From NCBI RefSeq assembly GCF_009914755.1, contig NC_060930.1: a stretch of 64,000 bases of DNA, one strand, 5' to 3'. Below are positions 13,561 through 25,699 of this stretch, piece after piece. Every line of letters starts with the position of its first letter. Positions within the stretch are counted from its first letter, which is position 1. The notes below the pieces were generated by a model. It saw only the letters and a list, made by a program, of their open reading frames with translations, did no database searches and was not told the origin of the DNA. This DNA is from the human T2T-CHM13v2.0 reference genome, Homo sapiens. The translations under genes and the position numbers were made by a program.

Positions 13561-14560
13561 ATGAGAAGGAACCAGAGAAACAATTCTGGTAATATGACAA
13601 AACAAGGTTCTTTAACACCCCAAAAGATCATACTAGCTCACCAGCAATGGATCTAAACCAAGATGAAATCTCTGAATTGCCAGAAAAAGAATTCAGGTCG
13701 ACTATTAAGCTAATTAAGGAGGCACCAGAGAAAGGTGAAATCCAACTTAAAGAAATCAAAAAAAATGACACAGGATATCAATGGAAAAATCTCTAGTGAA
13801 ATAGACAGCATAAATAAAAAACAATCACAACTTCCGGAAATGAAGGAGACACTTAGAGAATTGCAAAATGCACTGGAAAGTCTCAGCAATAGAATCAAAC
13901 AAATAGAAGAACTCCAGAGCTCAAAGAGAAAGCTTTCAAATTAACCCAATCTAACAAATGCAAAGAAAAAAGAATTTAATAAATGAACAAAGCCTCCAAG
14001 AAGTTTAAAATTACGTTAAACAACCAAACCTAAGAATAATTGGTGTTCCTGAGGAAGAAAATAAATCTAAAAGTTTGGAAAACATATTTGAGGGAACAAT
14101 TGAGGAAAACTTACCTAGCCTTGCTAGAGATCTAGACATCCAAATACAAGAAGGTCAAAGAACACCTGAGACATTCATTGCAAAAAGATCATTGCCTAGG
14201 CACAGAGTCATCGGATTATCTACAGTCAAGATGAAGGAAAGAATCGTAAGAGCTGTGAGGCAAGAGCAGCAGGTAACCTATAAAGAAAAACTTGTCAGAC
14301 TAACAGCAGACTTCTCAGCAGAAACCCTACAGGTCAGAAGGGATTGTGATTCTATCTTTATCCTCCTTAAACAAAACAATTATCAGCCAAGAATTTTGTA
14401 TCCAGTGAAACTAAGCTTCAAAAACAAAGGAAAGATAGAGACTTTTTCAGACAAACAAATGCCAAGAGAATTCGCCACTACCAAGCCAGCACTATGAGAA
14501 CTGCTGTTAATAAAAGAAACTCTAAATCTTGAAACAAATCTTCAAAATACACCAAAATAG
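13561..14560 (+). pseudogene. L1 ORF1p pseudogene
   Basis: Fragments 13735-13944 and 14075-14497 (RLTADFSAETLQ, YQPRILYPVKLSF); frameshifted. Confidence 0.88.
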
Positions 14561-14639
14561 AACCTCTCTAAAGCCTAATCCTCACAGGACCTATAAAACA
14601 ACAACACAATGAAAAAAACCCAAGGTATTAAATAAATAG

Positions 14640-17600
14640 CAGGGCGAATACAATAGTACCTCATATCTCAATACTAACATTGAATGCAAATGGCCTAAAT
14701 GTTCCACTTAAAAGACACAGAATGGCAGAATAGGTAAGAATTCACCAACCAAGGCTGGACGTGGTGGTTCATGCCAGTTGGGGACACCAAGGCAGGTGGA
14801 TCATTTGAGGACAGGAGTTCAAGACCAGCCTGGCCAACATGGGGAAACCCCACGTCTACTAAAAATACACATATTAGCTGAGTGTGGTGGCATATACCTG
14901 TAATCTCAGCTACTCGAGAGGCTGAGGCATAAGAATTCCTTGAACCTGGGAAGTAGAGGCCGCAGTGAGCCAAGATCACACCACTGAACTCCAGCCTGGG
15001 GCACAGAGCAAGACCCAGTCTCCAAAAAATTACAAAATAAATTCACAAACCAAGTATCTGCTCTCTTCAAGAGACTCACCTGACTCATAAGGACTCACAT
15101 AAACTTAGAGTAAAGGGGTGGAAAAAGATATTATGTGCAAATGGACACTAAAAGCAAGTGGCAGGAGTAGCTATTTTTACATCAGACAGGACAAACTTTA
15201 AAGCAACAGCAGTTAAGAAAGACAAAGAGGGACATTATATAATAATAAAAGAACTAGTCCAACAGAAAAATATCACAATCCTAAATATATATGCACCTAA
15301 CACTGGAGCGCCCAAATTTATAAAAGACCTAAGAAATGAGATAGACAGCAACACAGTAATAGTGGGGGACTTCAATACTCCACTGACAGCACTAAACAGG
15401 TCATCAAGACAGAAAGTCAACAAAGAAACAATGGACTTAAACTACATCCTACAACAAATGGATTTAACAGATATTTACACAACATCCTAGCCAACAATTG
15501 CAGAATATACATTCTATTCATCAGCACATGGAACTGTCTCCAAGACAGACCATCAGATAGGCCACCAAACAAATCTCAACAAATTTAAGAAAATCAAAAT
15601 CATAGCAAGGACTCTCTCAGACCATAATGGAATAAAATTGGAAATCAACTCCAAAAGGGACCCTCAAAATCAGACAAATACAGAGAAGTTAAATTACCTG
15701 CTAATGAATGATCATTGGGTTTGAACTACACTATAATAGTGACATGATCTATCAAAACCTCTAGGATACAGCAAAAGTGGTACTAAGAGAAAAGTCCACA
15801 GCATTAAGTGCCTACATCAAAAGTCTGAAAGAGCACAGGTAGACAATCTAAGGTCACACCTCAAGGAGCTAAAGAAAAAAGAACAAAACAAACCCAAACC
15901 CAGCAGAAGAAAAGAAATAAGCAAGATCAGAGCAGAACTAAATGAAATCGAAACAAAAAAACAAATACAAAGATAAATGAAACAAAAAGGTGGTTCTTTG
16001 AAAACATCCATAAAATTGAGAGATCATTAGCAAGATTAACCAAGAAAAGAAGAGAGAAGATCCAAATAAGCTCAATAAGAAACAAACGGGAGCTATTACA
16101 AACAACACCACACAAATACAAAGGATGAGTCAAGGCTACTATGAACACCCTTATGCACATAAACTGGGAAATCTAGAGGAGATGGATAAATTCCTGGAAA
16201 CATACAACCCTCTAAGATAAAACCAGGAATAAACAGAAACTCTGAACAGACTAATAACAAGCAGCGAGATTGAAATGGTAATTAAAAAGTTACCAAGAAA
16301 AAAGTCCAGGACCAAATGGATTCATGGCTGAATTCTTTCAGACATTCAAAGAAGAATTGGTACCAATCCTGTTGACACTATTCCACAAGATAGAGAAAGA
16401 GGGAATTCTCCCTAAATCATTCTGTGAAGCCAGTATCACCCAGATAGCAAACCCAGGAAAAAACATAACAACCAAAAAATAAAACTATAGACAAATATCC
16501 CTGGTGAACATAGATGCAAAAGTCCTAGCTAACCAAATCCAACATCATGTTAAAAAGATAATCCTCCATGATCAAGTGGGTTTCATAGCAGGGATGGTTT
16601 AACATTCACAAGTCAATAAATGTGATACACCACATAAACAGAATCAAAAACAAAAATCACATGATCAACTCAATAGATGCAGAAAAAGCATTTGACAAAA
16701 TCCAGCATCCCATTATGATTAAAACCCTCAGCAAAATTGGCATAAAAGGGACATACCTTAAGGTAATAAAAGCCATCTATGACAAACCCACAGCCAACAT
16801 TATATTGAATGTGAAAAACTGAAAGCATTCCTTCTGAGAACTGGAACAAGACAAGGATGCCCACTTTCACCAGTTCTATTCAACATAGTACTGGAAGTCC
16901 TAGCCACAGCAATCAAACAAGAGAAAGAAAGAGCATCTAAACTGGTAAAGAAGAAGTCAAACTGTCACTGTTTGGTGATGACATGATCATATACCTAGAA
17001 AACCCTAAAGACTCATCCAAAAAGCTCCTAAAACTGGTAAACGAATTCAGCAAAGTTTCAGGATACAAAATTAATGTACACAAATAAGTAGCCCTGCTAT
17101 ACACCAACAGCGACCAAGCTGAGACTTGAATCAAGAACTCAGCCCCTTTTATAATAGCTGCAAAAAAATAAAATACTTAGGAATACACTTAACCATGGAG
17201 GTGAAAGACTGCTACACAGAAAACTAGAAAACACTGCTGAAAGAAATCACAGACAATATAAACAAATGGAAACACATCCCATGCTCATGGATGGGTAGAA
17301 TCAATACTGTGAAAATGACCAGACTGCCAAAAGTAATCTACAAATTCAATGCACTTCCCATCAAAATACCACCATCATTCTTCACAGAACTAGAAAAAAA
17401 TAATCCTAAAATTCCTATGGAACCAAAAAAGAGCCTGCATAGCCAAAGAAAGGCTAAGCAAAAAGAACAAATCCGGAGGCATCACATTATCCAACTTCAA
17501 ACTATACTATAAGGCCAAAGTCCTCAAAACAGCATGGTACTGGTATAAAAATAGGCATATAGACCAATGCAAACAGAATAGAGAACCAAGAAATAAGGCG

Positions 17601-18520
17601 AAATACTTACTGTCAAGTGATTTTTGACACAGAAACAAAAATATAAAGTGGGGAAAGAACACCCTATTCAACAAACAGTGCTGGGATAATTGTAGAAGAA
17701 TGAAACTGGATCCTCATCTCTCATCTTATACAAAAATCAACTCAAGATGGATCAAAGACTTAAATCTAAGACCTGAAACCATAAAATTCTAGAAGATAAC
17801 ATTGGAAAAACCCTACTAGACACTGGCTTAGGCAAAGACTTCATGACCAAGAACCCAAAAGCAAAAATGCCACAAAAGCAAAGATAGATGGGACTTCCTT
17901 AAACTAATAAGCTTCTGCATAGCAAAAGAAATAATCAGCAGAATAAACAGACAACACACAGAGTGAGAGAAATCTTTGCAATCTATATATCTGAGAAAGG
18001 ACTAATATCCAGAATCTACAGGGAACTCAAATAAGCAAGAAAAAAAAAAACAATCCCATCAGTAAGTGGGCTAAGGACATGAATAGACAATTCTCAAAAG
18101 AAGATATACAAATGGCCAAAAAACGTATGAAAAAATACTCAACATCACTAATTACCAAGGAACTGCAAATCAAAACCACAATGAGATGCCACCTTACTCC
18201 TGCAAGAATGGCCATAACAAAAAAATTAAAAAATCACTGATGTTGGAGTGGATGTGGTGGAAAGGGAATACTCTTACACTGTTGGTGGCAATTTAAACTA
18301 GTATGACCTCTATGGAAAACAGTGTGGCGATTCCTTAAAGAACTAAAAGTAGATCTACCATTTGATCCAGCAATCCCATTCCTGGGTATTTACCCAGAAG
18401 AAAAGAGGTCATTATAGAAAAAAGATACTTGCACATGCATGTTTATAGCAGCACCATTTACAGTTGCAAAAATATGGAACCAGCCCAAATGTCCATCAAT
18501 GAATGAGTGGATAAAGAAAA
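14640..18520 (+). pseudogene. L1 ORF2p (endonuclease/RT) pseudogene
   Basis: Fragments at 15158, 16622, 17291 and 18439 match ORF2p; multiple stops and an Alu insertion. Confidence 0.88.
14753..15039 (+). mobile_element. Alu (old S/J type) inserted in L1 ORF2
   Basis: Alu body; TSD aattcaccaaccaa (14739-14752) / aattcacaaaccaa (15040-15053). Confidence 0.92.
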
Positions 18521-18521
18521 T

Positions 18522-18621
18522 GTGGGGGGGGGTGTGTGTGTGTGTAATACACACAACAAACATAGTAGTATTCCATGGTGTGTGCATATATATATATATA
18601 TATATTTATTTATTTATTTAA
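18522..18621. repeat. Compound microsatellite (G)n/(TG)n/(TA)n/(TTTA)n at the L1 3' break
   Basis: Directly visible. Confidence 0.9.
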
Positions 18622-19289
18622 TAAAGAAGAAATCCAGAATAAAGAAAGGTGATCATTTAATGCCTATATTAGAAATTAATATTGAAAACCACATTTTGCA
18701 TTCCAAATTCTAAATTGTGATTTTCATATGAACTAGCTACAAAGTTACTGAGAATGCATTTTGAACAATTTCTACTTTAATTGACTGATAATTTCCTTGA
18801 GGTTTAACATAGGGTCATTTTTACTAAATCTTCCATGAGTAAGTAGCCTGCTTTCTGTGCTCATTCCACAGGATGGGAAAAGAAATTTAAGTCACACACT
18901 GATACTATGGAGAACTTTGTGACTGACTTCACTGCACCTCTATCCTTCAACACTATCCATCTCAATTTGCCTTTCAGGCTGTAGTTATTTTAATATTTCT
19001 AAGTGAAGCACACGTATCTTCTCTTTATGGGAGATAAGTATTTCTATGAACATTCATAAACCACTCATCTTTTTAATATATATCCGTATCTTAGGAGTTG
19101 AAGCAGCACATTCAGCCTCCCACCAGCCATTTCTAGCATCTCTAACAATTATGCAATTTTAACAATTCATCCACAAGTATTTACCAAAAGTCTACTTCAT
19201 GCCAGACACCGAATAAATGTCTCCAATCAGACTGAAGAAAATGACTTAAATTTCGTGGTTTTGAGAGAATCACAAACAAGAAAGCTTCT

Positions 19290-19600
19290 CAGACCTAGCC
19301 AGTGGTGGCAGCCACCCTGTAATAACAAGAGGCATCAACCTGAAATCAACAACAACACAGCAAGGAAGACAGAGGGGAGACAGGAGGGGAAAGAGAGAGA
19401 AGGAGAGGGGGTGGAGGGGAAAGGGAGAGAGAAAGGGACAGGAAGGAGAAAAAGAGGAAGGGAAAGAAATGAGAAATTGAGTCTTCAGAGACATTTCTAG
19501 CCAAATTAATCAGCCAACCTTGAAACCTGCCTTACTTAGGGACTTTTTTAATATGCAAGATAGCTAATTTCCCTATTAAGTCAATTTTACCAGGTAAAAC
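19290..19600 (+). mobile_element. Old ERVL/MaLR-type LTR fragment containing a GA-rich tract (19365-19475)
   Basis: 'cagccaaccttgaaacctgccttacttagggacttt...aatttccctattaagtcaatttt' resembles LTR16/LTR33/MLT1 3' ends. Confidence 0.4.
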
Positions 19601-19864
19601 TAAAAACACTCGAGTATTTTTTTAAATGCAACAAAGTGTTACAAGGATATTACTTTTACATCATTAAATTAATACATTGTTATTTAAAATAAAATCTTGT
19701 AGAAAACTCTCATTCTTACAAAATAATAAATTCCTTTGCTCTAATCTGGTTTGACTCTATTTATCCAGCTGGAATCTACAATATATAAGACTCTTTTCAC
19801 TCAAATAAGGCTGGTTTCACTAGACTCTCAAATATGTTTTGCTCACTATTAACTCAAAATCCTT

Positions 19865-20260
19865 TTATCTTCAAATATTTACTGAGCACCTACTAAGTGC
19901 CTGTCAGAGTTCTTTATGCTTACAATATCTTGGAGAATAAAAAAGATACAATAATCCTTGTCTTCATGAAGCTGTATTCTAAATGCAGGTGACTGTCAAT
20001 AAACTTGATAAATAACTATATCATACAGCGAGTTGGAAATGCTTGGTTGGGAGAATGCAGACCAGGATAAGGGGAATTGGAAGGCAATGTGGGAAGAGGA
20101 TAGGGAGCAGGACGCAGTATAAAAAAAGGGTGGTTGCGGCAGTCTCCTGGAGAAGGTAAGCAAAAATAAGCAAAGCAGCCATCCAGGAAGAAAACTCCAA
20201 GCAGAGGGATCAGCCTGCATAAAGACGTTGAGACGCAAGTGTGCCTGCCATACTCCTGCC
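19865..20260 (-). mobile_element. L2 fragment
   Basis: 'tcaaatatttactgagcacctactaagtgcc' is the reverse complement of the L2 3' end. Confidence 0.7.
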
Positions 20261-20419
20261 ACCGAAGATGACCCCCTTATTTCCAAATACTAAGTCCTTC
20301 CAGACTCAGCTCAACTTCTAGTCTGTCTGAGAGGTCCTCTCAAGAGCAATAAGCCCACTGATCTCTCTTTTCTCAGAACTTTTCTATGCTCTTTTCCTGT
20401 TAGGAAATCAGAATACGAC

Positions 20420-20615
20420 AGAAATAAGGAAGACAGGTTTGGAGTCAATAGATCTTTCTTCAAATCTCAGCTTCACTTACCAACCATACATGGGTTTCTT
20501 GACCTTTTCAAACTTGCCTCCCTTATGTTTTTAAAATGAGATGATTTAGGATAATGTTAGGATTAAATGAGATATGGATAATTCTTACACAGAGAGAATG
20601 CTCAATAAATTGTTT
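20420..20615 (+). mobile_element. MIR SINE
   Basis: 'ttggagtcaa...ttcaaatctcagcttc...aaaatgagatgat...aggattaaatgaga...gctcaataaat'. Confidence 0.7.
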
Positions 20616-22197
20616 TGTTCCTGTCCATTCAACTTAACATTAACTCTCTTCTGCCTTCCACTGATAGCTGGACACACGTGAAGGACTTAACTTCTTAACT
20701 AAATATAAATTTCTTGACAATAAGAGACCACGTCTAGTATTTCTTTTACATTACTGAAAAATAAAATCATTCCAAAATGATTCTGTGATTATTAAGACAC
20801 AGATAATAATATTTTGCATACAGAACATTTTTATTTGGTCACAAAAAGAGTGCTAAAATGCTAGAAATCGCTACTTTTAACCAGAGGTTTAAAATCTCTT
20901 TGTCTAACTATTAAATACAGTTTCCAAAATCAGTTTATTTTTATTTTCATTCTTACTATATATGTTTTAAGCATCAAAAGCTAAGCGTTTGTGGAAGAAC
21001 ATGAGTCATGTAATCAAGAACTGGAGTACCATGTTAACTGATCTGTGCTAATAAACCCACTACTTTGCAGAGTTACCAATGACAACACGTGAAATAAACT
21101 ACAAATCACTGGATGGTTGGAAAATATAAATAACTACATACTTGTGATATTTTTCATCAGAAATAAAAAATGGGGGTTACATATAAGTTCACAAGCCATA
21201 TCAAAAAAAAGGAAAATCAATCACTTTCTTCTCTGAGAGATTATAATGATTTTTAATAACTTGTTGTAATCACATTTTCTGACAATGTTGTAGTATAATC
21301 TTTTGTACTTAATTATATATAAACAGAATGACACCATCCCATCCCATCCCATCACCATCAGTGAGAGTAACACGAAGCTTTCCAATTCCATAAATGAAAA
21401 GTGATGACTAAAACAGCCATAGTGTGAACTGCACGTGTTCTTCTCCTATAGAAAATGTAACAACTTGTAAAGTGCCTTCCTTATATTTTATTTTATAGAG
21501 ATGAGAAATATGAATATATATACTAGTATAACTAATATTTACATATGATGATATCCCTTTCTCTCATATCTAAAAGAAAATATCATATATAAATTGGATT
21601 TGACTTACCAAGGACATAAAAGCAAAGTTCAAGAAAGTCATCATGACACAACCACGTATATACGACTCTTCTTTTCCATAGTTTACTTCATAGAACTTAG
21701 TCATCTCTGAATGATCTACAACTGTGTTGATTCTGTAACTTGAATCTAGATGCTATCAGGCCCAGGAGCAAATGCAACCAACCTTAAGATTCACCGTCAG
21801 AAACCTGAGAAAATCTACCCCAGAGAGGCCAAGACATGGAATTTTTTGTTATATTTATCTGAATTTATCTACTGATGCTTTAAGAGCTGTTGAAACATAT
21901 AAACGTATCTATGATCATGACAGAAGAAACAAATAAATGTAAACTCTGTCGACATTTGAGGCAGTATTCACTGTCTTAACTTGGATATTCAATAATACCT
22001 GAAAATTCATAGTTTAAAATGGCTATTTATAAACATCTAAGAAACTTTATAATTATGAATAAAAATTTACTAAGCCTTCCTAAAACTCTTACAATGTTTT
22101 GTGACTCTTTAGAAACATTTTTATTATGTTGCTTTAGTATTTAGGATGTGGGGAAATGAGAAGTCCAAAGCTTTCTTACTATATTTATAACAATTTA

Positions 22198-22490
22198 GGC
22201 CAGGCACCATGGCTCACAGCTGTAATCCCAGCACTTTGGGAGCTAGGGTGGGAGGATAGCTTGAGGCCAGGAGTTCGAAACCAGGTGGGGCAACATAATG
22301 AGACCCCATGTCTACAAAAAATTAAAAAATAGCCAGGCGCAGTGGCATGCACCTATAGTCCTGGCTATTCAAGTGGCTGAGGCAGTAGACTGTGGCAGGA
22401 GGATCACTTGAGCCCAGGAGTTCAAGGCTGCAGGGAGTCGTGATCCTGTCACTGTACTCCAGCCAGGATGACAGAGCAAGACCCTGTCTC

Positions 22491-22534
<44 letters not shown>
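22198..22534 (+). mobile_element. AluJ SINE with 43-nt pure poly(A)
   Basis: J-type 'ggaggatcacttgagcccaggagttcaaggctgcag'; A-run 22492-22534. Confidence 0.93.
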
Positions 22535-22537
<3 letters not shown>

Positions 22538-23358
22538 GTAACAGAGTAAGAGTTTAGCATGAAAGTGTGACCTGGTACTTTTCTGAAGTTGGAAAAAAAA
22601 TCCCAGAATGTATTGTTCACCTCCAGATTCTAGCAATTCTCTGAGGTATACAAGATTCCATGAAATTTGGCTATCACACATTACTCTATCAGCAGAGATC
22701 TTAACTGGAAAGTGTTAATAGTAGAAGATCTTGGCACTAAATGGAATATAAACATTAAGAACTTAGAATGAAGTTTAAAGTTGCTGACTTAAATTGTCTC
22801 ATTTTGAAGAATCTGGGTCATGTGCTGTAAAAGTTCCTAGCTGTCTGCAAATCTATCACCTTACTTTTGAAAATGTTTTTGTTATTATTAGAGTACATGA
22901 TTGCTCTAATTACTACTAACTTCATTGGTACATCTTAGAACTTCTCTTCTAAAACTGTTCAAAGGAAAAATTAAAATAGCAGCTCTATTATGTCTGCATG
23001 TAGTAGTTTCACATTCATTCCACTTATCTGACATTAGATCAAATGTGCACTAGATAGAGGAAATTTATAATATTAAGTCTCTTCTTGGATTCTGTGAACA
23101 CTGAAAATTACAAGACCAGAGTACTTTTCATTAAAAAACATTCTTAATGTCCACAGATAGGTAAAAATAATGAGTGGTTCTCTTTCTCCTTCAGACCATC
23201 TAACAAGGCAGGCAGAGGAAAAAAGCCAGGGGGAAGAGTCTGATCAGGCCAACAGTAGCCGGGGAAGAGTCTGATCAGGGGACCAGGGGACCAGCAGCAG
23301 AGGAGGAGGTTGTTTACTCCATGGCAGTGAAGCAGGATCCTGCCTCAAGTACACTTAC

Positions 23359-23382
23359 ATCTCCAGAAGGAATGCAGCCTCA
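23359..23382 (-). other. Candidate 24-nt frame-preserving microexon
   Basis: Minus strand TTTATGTATTTTGTAG|TGAGGCTGCATTCCTTCTGGAGAT|GTAAGT. Confidence 0.3.
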
Positions 23383-24345
23383 CTACAAAATACATAAATG
23401 TACACTGGACATACGTTTTATTTATTATCAATACCACTCAAAGAAATAAGAAGCCAGACAAATGCTTAGAGCCCTTGAGACAAATACTAACTAATAAAGA
23501 CTAGGAATGGAAAAAAATGAATAGTCCACAATGTTCAGCAATGCGGCTCTTGTTAACACCATCCTACTTCTTCAGCATTTCTGTTGTATCAGTTAGGAAA
23601 TTATAGCTCATGGACAATTCTGAATTAAGACTTTTTACCTATTTTAAAACTATTAGCAGCTTATGGCAATGATCAATGAATATTCATTTCCCTTTGTCTA
23701 TAGCTTGAAGTGACAAAACTTTATACTTTTATAAAAGTCAATTTTATCCACATGTTGAAAGAAAACTATATATAGTATTAAAAATAATGTTCCATTTTTG
23801 CTCATGAATGATTAACTGCTACAGAAATTGCCTTCTAATAATAAACAACTTTAGAAAATCAGAAGAAAATATGTGAAATGAAAGTTTTTAGACATTGAAC
23901 ACAAGGCAATGCAAGACAGTGATCCCAGTGATTAAACACATAGGGAAAAAAAGTCAATGTTCATTCAGGATAAAAGCTCACAGCAAACTAAAATTTAAGG
24001 GGATTTCCTTAACATGATAAAGAGAATCTGTAAAAAGTCTACAGGTAGCATCACACCTAATGGTGGAAGATTAAATGCTTTCCTACTAAGATGGAGAACA
24101 AGGCAAGAGCATCTGATCGCCCCACTCCTATTCAACAATATGTAATTCTACAATGCTGAATATGCGAATTATATTCAACATTATTCAATATTCTCACCAC
24201 TCCTTTTCAGTAAACTTTTAAAAACTGTATATACATACACACACATACATACTAATAACATAGTTTACATTATATATAATAGATATTATTCTGTATCCAA
24301 TATAGATTGAAAAGGAAAAAAAAACTGACTACTCACAGATGGCAT

Positions 24346-25314
24346 TGTGCAGAAAAGAGAGAGAGATCAGACTGTTACTGTGTCTACGCAGAAAGAAGTA
24401 GACATAAGAGACTCCATTTTGTTCTGTACTAGAAAAATTCTTCTGCCTTGAGATGCTGTTAATCTGTAATCCTAGCCCCAACCCTGTGCTCGCAGAGACC
24501 TGTGCTGTGTTGACTCAAGGTTTAATGGATTTAGGGCTATGCAGGATGTGCTTTGTTAAAAAAGGGCTTGAAGGCAGTATGCTTGTTAAAAGTCATCACC
24601 ATTCTCTAACCTCAAGTACCCAGGGACACAATACACAGGGACCTCTGCCTAGGAAAGCCAGGTATTGTCCAAGGTTTCTCCCCACATGATGGCCTCATGG
24701 GAAGGGAAAGAACTGACCATCCCCCAGCCAACACCCATAAAGGGTCTGTGCTGAGGAAGATAAATGAAAGAGGAAGGCCTCTTTGCAGTTGAGATAAGAG
24801 GAAGGCATTTGTCTCCTGCTGGACCCTGGGCAATAGAATGTCTCCAGGGGCAATAGAATGTCTCGGTGTAAAACCCGATTGTATGTTCTATTTACTGAGA
24901 TAGGAGAAAACCGCCTTAGGGCTGAAGGTGAGACATGCTGAAGGCAATACTGCTCTTTACGGCACCCAGATGTTTGGATGTTTGTGTACGTGCACATCAA
25001 GGCACAGCACCTTTTCTTTAACTTATTTATGACACAGAGACCTTTGTTCACATGTCTTCCTGCTGACCCTCTCCCCACTATTACCCTATTGTCCTGCCAC
25101 ATCCCCCTCTCCGAGATGGTAGAGATAATGACCAACAAATAATGAGGGAACTCAGAGACCATTGCCGGCTCGGGTCCTCCACATGCTGAGCGCCGGTACC
25201 CTGGGCCAATTTGTCTTTCTCTATACTTTGTGCCTGTGTCTCTTTCTTTTCTCAGTCTCTCATCCCACCTGACAAGAAACACCCACAGGTGTGGAGGGGC
25301 AGGCCACCCCTTCA
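24346..25314 (+). mobile_element. HERV-K(HML-2) solo LTR, LTR5A/B-like
   Basis: TG...CA ends; 'gagagatcagactgttactgtgtct...agacataagagactccattttg'; ends 'ggggcaggccaccccttca'; perfect 6-bp TSD TGGCAT (24340-24345, 25315-25320); 969 bp. Confidence 0.95.
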
Positions 25315-25347
25315 TGGCATGAACACCTAGGTAAAAAGTTCTGAGGA

Positions 25348-25699
<352 letters not shown>

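Larger units (their letters stand above)
12527..18525 (+). mobile_element. Near full-length L1PB-type LINE-1 (5'UTR, ORF1, ORF2; 3'UTR missing)
   Basis: 5'UTR 'aaaatggtggataggaggcaggcctaacttgcagctcccac'; ORF1 from 13561 (MRRNQRNNSGNMTKQGS); ORF2 endonuclease (NIYAPNTGAP, VIVGDFNTPL) and RT (LFGDDMI) fragments. Confidence 0.92.

Noticed and set aside
19365-19475. GA-rich tract with G4/H-DNA potential
   Set aside because: Common low-complexity expansion; nothing supports a function.
21609-21752. 144-nt open minus-strand segment ending at TTG|GTAAGT
   Set aside because: Good donor but no convincing polypyrimidine acceptor, and the peptide is unrecognised; cannot be supported, though not excluded.
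24695-25315. 206-aa minus-strand ORF
   Set aside because: Antisense read-through of the LTR5 solo LTR; no recognisable protein motif.
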